Under the pieces are notes generated by a model, which saw nothing but the letters and a program-made list of their open reading frames with translations, searched no databases and was not told where the DNA came from. Shown here piece after piece: positions 20,724-27,392 of a DNA stretch of 27,392 nt. Positions within the stretch are counted from its first letter, which is position 1. The number at the start of each line of letters is the position of its first letter. Made by a program: the position numbers and the translations under genes. The stretch lies in NCBI GenBank assembly GCA_000388065.2, contig KB932205.1. One strand, 5' to 3'. This stretch comes from Fonticula alba ATCC 38817. Lineage: Eukaryota; Protista; Nucleariida.

Positions 20724-22863
20724 CTACGCCAGCCGACACAGGGCGGTCAGGGGCACGGTCACCGGCGCGACCTCGCCCGTGCCAGGCAAGAGAATGGCGG
20801 CCGTGTCTCCGGTGACACGCTCGATCCGGGCCACGACACCACGGTGCGGTCCAGCCAGCACCGCGGCCCGGCGGGTGTCCGGCCCCGGCCGAGCTGGCCG
20901 CAGGTCGTCCTGGTCCAGCCGCAAGATGGTGGGCCGGCCGCTGGCACCCTCGGCGGGCAGAGTCTCCAACACGGCGCCGAACTGGTCAAACACCTCGACC
21001 ACGCGACCCCGCGCTCCCTGGAGGTGCTTCGGCAGCTCGGCCACATCGGGCCGGACCGACACCAGCAGCCCCGGCGCCAGCCAAGCATCAGCCGGCAAGC
21101 CGGCCGGATAGATGCTGGCAGTGCCCAGGCCGCCGGCTTGCCGGTCGTGTTCGAAGATGCGGTCCCGGCGACCAGGGCTCCGGTCCCGGCGGCGATGATC
21201 CGGACTGCGGCTGCGATGGCGCTCGAGGCTTCGGCCGCGGCCAGCAGGGCTCCTCTGGCGATCGGCACTACGATCGCGGCGGCGATGATCCGGGCTGCGG
21301 CTACGACGGCGATCCGGGCTGCGGCTGCGACGGCGATCCGGGCTGCGGCTGCGACGGCGATCCGGGCTGCGGCTGCGATGGGCGAGAGTCCGGTCGCGAC
21401 GGTCGGGACTCCGACCACGGCGGTCGGGGCTCCGGCCACGGCGGTCGGGACTCCGGCCACGGCGGTCGGGGCTCCGGCCACGGCGGTCGGGGCTCTGGCC
21501 ACGGCGGTCGGGGCTCCGGCCACGGCGGTCAGGGCTCCGGCCACGGCGGTCGGGGCTCCGGCCACGGCGGTCGGGGCTCCGGCCACGGCGGTCGGGGCTC
21601 CGGCCACGGCGGTCGGGACTCCGGCCACGGCGATCAGGGCTCCGGCCACGGCGGTCGGGACTCCGGCCACGGCGGTCGGGGCTCCGGCCACGGCGGTCAA
21701 AGTCCGGATGGCGGCCGAGGTCTCGGTCACGGTCGGGCCTCCGGCCGCGGTCGAGTTCCGGGCCACGCCCAGTGCTCCGACCGCGGTCGAGGCTCCGGTC
21801 GTGGCCGGAGCCCGGGCCCCGGGGCAATGGGGCGGCAACGAACCCCGGCCCCGAGGAGAAAGCCGACGCGGCAGCCAAGTCCCCCGGGCCATCGAGGCCG
21901 TAGGGGTCCCGATCGTCCTCCTCCTCCGGGCCATCGTCCTCGCTGTCGCTGTGGAGCAAGGCCCGGCGAGCCCGGCCGGAGGCGGCCGCATCGGCGACCG
22001 TCGCGGCCGCATCCTCGGCCGGGGCCTCGGTGCCCAGCTGCAGCTGCGATGCCAGGGCCTCCTGGTGCTCGTCGGTCCAGGCCAGGTCAGTCGGCCGGAC
22101 TTCCAACTCGGCCGGGTCCTGGCCAGCGTCGATGGCGGCCTGGATGGCGGCCTGCCGGGCCCGCTCGGCCGCGGCCAGCGCATCCCGCCGGCGGTTGGAC
22201 TCGGCCTGGGCTCGGCGCTGGGCGTGCATTTCGGCCTCCTTCTCCAGGCGCATGCGCAGCGGATCCCGGTCAATCCACTCCAGGTACCAAGTCCCGTGGG
22301 GCTCGTTCTCGTCGCCAGGCTCCACCCGGCACACGGCCTCCCGGCCGAGATACTGGCAAAAGTCCGACAGGGTAGTCCAGCGGGTGGCATTCATGTGCAC
22401 ATGCTTCTTGTCGGAGGCAATGAACTCCTGGTACACGCGGTTGGCATTGACACGGTTGGTGCCGTAGCTGGTTTGCCGGGATCCCGCGAGGGGAGGAGCC
22501 AAGGGGGGTGGGAAGGAACGTAAGTCAGCCACGGGGCAGGCAGGCCGGGAAGGGGGGCCAGCCCAATAGGAAGGCCCCTCCGGCCCAGGGGGAAGGGGAG
22601 TGGGGGCACACGCACCGCGTCCGCAGGATGTCGATGAAGGACTCCTGGAACTCGTCGCTGAAGCGCTGGATGTACTTGGAGGGGTTTTGCTGGAAGAGCA
22701 TCACCATCCGGCTGTGGCCCTCGCTTCGGGAGTGGTCCTCAAAGCCATAGTCGCTGTAGCACTGCTTCTCGCACAGCTGGCACCACCACTTTAGCTTCTT
22801 CAGCCCATGGAACTTCATGCGCTCCGAGACCGTCTTGGCCTCGGTCTTGTGCTTGTGGGACAT
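20724..22863 (-). CDS. KIN17: DNA/RNA-binding protein KIN17 with an RS-rich repeat insertion
   Basis: Exons 22863-22616 and 22467-20724 (phase-2 junction TR|YG). It has the N-terminal C2H2 finger (GLKKLKWWCQLCEKQC…H…H), the winged-helix region (RVNANRVYQEFI…HVHMNATRWTTLSDFCQYLGRE…WYLEWIDRDP) and C-terminal tandem KOW/SH3-like domains (WLAPGLLVSV…VLAGPHRG…LCRLA*). Confidence 0.95.
21287..21378 (-). repeat. 24-bp coding tandem repeat, about 4 copies, encoding (RRRSRSPD)n
   Basis: Unit gatccgggctgcggctgcgacggc starts at 21287, 21311, 21335 and 21359. Confidence 0.93.
21401..21697 (-). repeat. 21-bp coding tandem repeat, about 14 copies, encoding (RRGRSPD)n
   Basis: Unit ggtcggggctccggccacggc recurs every 21 nt from 21401 to 21674 with few substitutions. 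Confidence 0.97.
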
Positions 22864-22967
22864 GCTGGCAGAGGCGGCGGCGGCGGCGGCGGCGGCGGCA
22901 GCGAAGGCCGGAGAGGATCAGGCGGGGAGGGGCAAGGGATGAAGCTCGAGGGGGACCGCGGGGGGGG

Positions 22968-23676
22968 NNNNNNNNNNNNNNNNNNNNNNNNNNNNNNNNN
23001 NNNNNNNNNNNNNNNNNNNNNNNNNNNNNNNNNNNNNNNNNNNNNNNNNNNNNNNNNNNNNNNNNNNNNNNNNNNNNNNNNNNNNNNNNNNNNNNNNNNN
23101 NNNNNNNNNNNNNNNNNNNNNNNNNNNNNNNNNNNNNNNNNNNNNNNNNNNNNNNNNNNNNNNNNNNNNNNNNNNNNNNNNNNNNNNNNNNNNNNNNNNN
23201 NNNNNNNNNNNNNNNNNNNNNNNNNNNNNNNNNNNNNNNNNNNNNNNNNNNNNNNNNNNNNNNNNNNNNNNNNNNNNNNNNNNNNNNNNNNNNNNNNNNN
23301 NNNNNNNNNNNNNNNNNNNNNNNNNNNNNNNNNNNNNNNNNNNNNNNNNNNNNNNNNNNNNNNNNNNNNNNNNNNNNNNNNNNNNNNNNNNNNNNNNNNN
23401 NNNNNNNNNNNNNNNNNNNNNNNNNNNNNNNNNNNNNNNNNNNNNNNNNNNNNNNNNNNNNNNNNNNNNNNNNNNNNNNNNNNNNNNNNNNNNNNNNNNN
23501 NNNNNNNNNNNNNNNNNNNNNNNNNNNNNNNNNNNNNNNNNNNNNNNNNNNNNNNNNNNNNNNNNNNNNNNNNNNNNNNNNNNNNNNNNNNNNNNNNNNN
23601 NNNNNNNNNNNNNNNNNNNNNNNNNNNNNNNNNNNNNNNNNNNNNNNNNNNNNNNNNNNNNNNNNNNNNNNNNNNN
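22968..23676. other. Assembly gap (709 N) covering the KIN17 / NDUFB2-like divergent promoter and probably the first exon of the NDUFB2-like gene
   Basis: N run between the two head-to-head genes. Confidence 0.95.
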
Positions 23677-23782
23677 TTTTCTGCCTTTCTCGCCTCCCGC
23701 GCCACGCCCCTCACACGTACGCATCCTCCCGCTCCCGCTCCATGTCCGTCTCTGCCTCCCGGCGCTCGTTCCCTTTTGTCAG

Positions 23783-24088
23783 GAGATCTCCTCCCGCCAG
23801 CCAGAATGATCCCCGCTCCCGCTCGCATCCACACCCTTGGTGGTCAGCTTTTCGGTGGCCTCATGTGGTCCTGGGTCTTCTACCGCATGAAGGTGTCCAT
23901 TTTCCATGATGTGCGTCCTGCCAGGTGCCCGGGCGCGCCCCCCTCCGCGTGTGTGTCCTCTCCCAGACCGGGCCCTTCTGACCATTTCCCCCTCTATCCC
24001 ACCCCCCATGTGTTTGTGCCTGCAGGAGAGCATCCTCGCGCACTTTGGCCTGATTGAGCAGCCGAAGCAGCTCGGCACCCACCACTAA
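23783..24088 (+). CDS. NDUFB2: NADH:ubiquinone oxidoreductase (complex I) subunit B2 / AGGG-like; probably 5'-partial
   Basis: Exon from 23783 (after the TGTCAG acceptor) reads GDLLPPARMIPAPARIHTLGGQLFGGLMWSWVFYRMK, with the donor at 23893 or 23911. Exon 24026-24088 reads ESILAHFGLIEQPKQLGTHH*. The single TM segment with G-L-M-W-x-W-V-x-Y-R resembles NDUFB2 (recalled GLMWFWILWR / MWFWVLYRAK). Confidence 0.72.
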
Positions 24089-25027
24089 GTGTGTCCTCGC
24101 GTCGTGGGTGTGCCCAATGCGCGCAACCCGGTCGCCCTTGACTGCTGCCACTGCCATTGCCGCCAGCATCCTTGCGCCATCCCCCTCACCCTCCTTGCCG
24201 CCGCTGCCGAGAGGGGTGGAGGAGAGGCGCCAGGGGATCTGGCGCACCATCGCGCCCCTCGTCTCATGCGCGCACGCGAGCAAGCCCTTGCATGCATGCC
24301 TGATCCCCACAGCACCCGCCCGGAGGGCAAGACACGCCTCCATGCCTGGCGTATTGCCCGTCTCGGCGCCCGGGAATGATCTTCTCCATCTAGATTCCGT
24401 CGTCCCCCTGTACCAATATAAATCCCCCCATCGACGCGTGGTGTCTGAAAATCGAAGCGCGGCGCGGGGCGGGGCGAGGCGGGCAAGGGGGAGGGAGCCT
24501 CCTGCCAAGGGAGGGCCTGTAGGGGGGGCGGAGGCACCAGGAGGGGAAGGCCTCGGCCAGGGTACTGTCGGGGTCCGGGCATCATGGGGCTCCGGACACC
24601 AAACATGGCAACGCAGCGAGAGGGGGGGGGGGGGCCGGGGCGAGAACGAAAGCCCCGGGGAGACGATGGGGAACTCGCGCGGACGGGCGCTCACGGGTCG
24701 CACAAGCAGGCCCGCAGGCCGGTCGCGGCAGGAACAGGCACAAGTGCTGGGGCCCAAACGAACCAGTCACATGACTCCGTTGGTTGTTGTCTCCGCGTCA
24801 GAGGGCCCCTGCCTCGGAAGGACGAGGGGGCCGGAGCTGGTGGTTACAGGCCGCCCCGGCCAGAAAAGGCCGCGGCACCGAACCGAGGGGGTGCTTCCCC
24901 TTCTGGCATCCCCCCCATTTCCCCCCCCCCCCCCGCCCCTCCCTTTCCATTCGTCCTGCCTCCTCTCGCCCCCCCCCCTCCCACTTCGCCGCTCCTCCAC
25001 ACCCTCCTCGCCCTTCCCCCGCGCGCG

Positions 25028-27289
25028 ATGTCGGACACCTTCAACCCCTCGTCCATACGCGAGGCGCTCAAGCTTCGCAATGAGATCCAGTGTGACCCCT
25101 TCCTCTATGCGATGAAGTCCGGTGCGCCTCTGGGCTGCTTCTTTATTTTCCCCTTGCCGGGGCCCTTCCGTGCGATTGCTGACTTGCCTCCTCCCGTCTC
25201 TCCTCCGCCCCTCCCCCCTGCCCCCAGCCGAGCTGAGCCTCAGCTCCAGGTACGCCCCTTCCACTCGCCCCTGCCTCCTGGCCGGCCGCCTTACGCCTGG
25301 TCACTGACGCCCACATGCCCGCAGCTCGAAATCAAACCAGGACAAGCATGCCCGCCACTCGTACGAGCTTGTAGATGCGCTTCTGCGCGTCCGCGATCTG
25401 GAGATCTCACTTGAGGCCGTCCGCGAGGAGTGCGTTGTCTGCTCGGGAGCGGGGGGGGGCCTTTGCCCCTCCCTCGCTCTACGGCCCGTCCACACGCGCC
25501 CACACATGCACGCACGCACGCACGCACAAACCCCCTGCGCACCCTACTAACATCCCCACCCGCCCGGCCACGCCGCACTGCAGGAGTCGCCTGCAGCTTG
25601 CCGAGAATGAGAAGCTGAAGAACGACTATCACGACATCAACATGGCCCTGAGCAAGACCCGGGCGCAGATCAACATGCTGACCGAGGATTTGACATCCGA
25701 GCGGCTGGAGAACCAGCGCCGGGTTACGCGAGAGCAGCTTTTCGAGAAGTCCCACCGCGAGCTGTCGCAAAAGTGGCTGGCCGCATGCAATGAGCTGGCC
25801 GCTGTCCGAAGCGCCTCCACGTGCGCCCTGCCTTTGCTCTGCTATTTTTTTTCCTCGCCCTCTCGCCCATCAGCCGTACCATGTCGCCCCCGTGCCCGGA
25901 TCGGGCTTCTCCTCTCGGCCCCTTTTGGACTTCACGATCCTGACGACTTTTTGCGCTCCCCCCCCCCCCCCACACACACACACACGCACGTAGTAACTAT
26001 GTCTCCGAGGAGGAGCGCCGCGCTTTCAAGACCGACGGGGCCATCAGCGAGCCGAAGCCCCCGCTCATGAGCCTGCAGCTCCTGGACACCGAGCTCTCGC
26101 GCGCCCTGTCCACCGTGCCGACCCACTACAGCAAGAGTGTTGTGCGTGTGTTGGCCTGCGTCCCGGTGGGGCTGGGCCGGGCTCGGCTGCTGCGCCCTCA
26201 CTCTCTGCCACCTTGCGCGCCCGTGCCTTCCTGACGCTGACCCCCGTTGTGTGACCTTGCCCGCCTCCGGTGTTGCGCTGCCTGCGGATGGTCCTCTCCC
26301 CGCAGCCGGCCCATCGCCATGAGATCAACTGCATCCAGTTCAGCCACAACGGTCACCGCTTCGCCACCGGGTCCACCGACAACACGGTGTCCCTGTTCAC
26401 GGAATCGGGTACGCAGCCTGCCTGGATCCCTCCTGCCCTGCCGGTGCCGATGCTCGCCTGCGACCACACATGCGCGCGCCCGATCTGACCCTTCGTGCTT
26501 GCCCCTGGGTGTGTGCGTGTGTGTGTGTGTGTGTGGGAAAAATGCGCCGGCAAAACGCTCTCCCGGCCGGGAAAAAAACAACAACAACAACAACAACAAC
26601 ACAGCCTCCCCTGTGCGCGTGATGCAAAGCTCGCGGTCGTTCATTACCGACGTCAACTTCAGCAAGGACGACGAGTTTGTGATTGCCTCCTCTACGGACA
26701 TGATCGCGCGCATCTGGCGCGCCGATACCGGGCGCATCTTCCACCAGCTGACCAGACACTCGGGCACCGTGTGCGCGGCCAAGTTTTCGATGGACTCGCA
26801 GCGCGCCGTGACTGCCAGTGCCGACCGGTCCATCCGCGTGTGGGACATGCAGACCGGCTACTCGCAGGTGGTCATCCTGGCCTACTCCATGGTCAATGAT
26901 GTGGTGCTGATGGATGACTCGGCGACGACCCTGCTGTCGGCCCAGAGTGACCACAGTTTCTCCTTCTGGGACACCCGGTCGCACCGCCATGTCAACACCA
27001 TCCTCAATGTGCACACGCAGAACATCAGCGGTCTCTACATTTCCCCGGACTACCAGTATGTCCTGTCGGCCTCGCGCGACAACACCCTCAAGCTGATCGA
27101 CGTGCGGAAGCTCGCCTCGGTGGCCACCTTCAAGGCCCCGGACTACCGGTCCACCTCGTCCTACACCCGGCCCATCCTCAGCCCGGATGGCTCGAAGGCC
27201 GCCGCCCCGTCAGCCTCCGGCAAGGTCTTCGTCTGGGACGTGCTCAACTCCAACGAGCCGTGCAACATCCTCTCGATGCCGGACAGCAG
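25028..27289 (+). CDS. ATG16: Autophagy protein ATG16 with C-terminal WD40 propeller (ATG16L-type); 3'-partial
   Basis: Exons 25028-25121, 25228-25249, 25325-25429, 25584-25820, 25994-26141, 26306-26408 and 26605-27289 all join in phase. The product has an N-terminal ATG5-binding-like helix (IREALKLRNEIQCDPF), an ATG16 coiled coil (LKNDYHDINMAL…ELSQKWLA) and WD40 repeats (AHRHEINCIQFS…, LTRHSGTVCAAKF…, LSASRDNTLKLIDVR…TRPILSPDG). Confidence 0.9.
26579..26599 (+). repeat. (CAA)7 intronic repeat abutting an ATG16 3' splice site
   Basis: aaaaaaa(caa)7CACAG| then exon; a (TG)n tract lies further upstream in the same intron. Confidence 0.93.
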
Positions 27290-27392
27290 GTGCGTGCATC
27301 CTTCTCCCGGCTGACCAGCCCCTGCTGCCTGCCCTTCTTCCGCCCCCCTGTGCATGGGCCTCTACTTAGCCAGCGCGCGCGGGGGGGGGGGG

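Noticed and set aside
21401-21697. Regularly spaced repeat array superficially like a CRISPR or mobile-element repeat
   Set aside because: The units are directly adjacent with no unique spacers, are in frame inside KIN17, and there are no cas genes. It is a coding minisatellite.
81-22863. Apparent cluster of RNA/DNA-metabolism genes (SAM repressor, CCDC25, RPAIN, Bfr1-like, KIN17)
   Set aside because: Orientations are mixed, unrelated genes (NDUFB2-like, ATG16) are interspersed, and no shared upstream motif was seen. Such categories are common enough for chance adjacency.
11780-23680. G/C homopolymers flanking all three N gaps, as a possible structural or recombination signal
   Set aside because: More simply explained by sequencing/assembly failure at long homopolymers and microsatellites.

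Overview
A very GC-rich, intron-containing, microsatellite-rich eukaryotic genomic window with three assembly gaps (N runs). No prokaryotic system, CRISPR array, tRNA/rRNA or transposase is evident, and most of the six-frame ORFs are GC-driven antisense artefacts. By joining exons by hand (GT-AG, reading phase, recalled homology) I find eight genes. (1) A minus-strand Smaug/Vts1-like RNA-binding SAM protein that runs off the left edge. (2) CCDC25 (6 exons). (3) A 985-aa orphan helical/low-complexity protein. (4) RPAIN/RIP (5 exons). (5) A Bfr1-like coiled-coil protein interrupted by a gap. (6) KIN17 carrying a large RS-type tandem-repeat insertion. (7) A small complex I NDUFB2-like subunit. 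(8) WD40-type ATG16, which runs off the right edge. The complex I subunit, Vts1/Bfr1-like genes and WD40-ATG16 suggest an aerobic microbial eukaryote, possibly an opisthokont protist such as Fonticula; this taxonomy is inference only. The most notable signals are near-invariant GTRCG (+4C) splice donors, CA/CAA repeats replacing polypyrimidine tracts, the SR-like KIN17, the Vts1-type SAM followed by an extra helical domain, and ATG16 apparently lacking the residues mammals need for non-canonical lipidation. All family calls come from remembered sequences, not from database searches.
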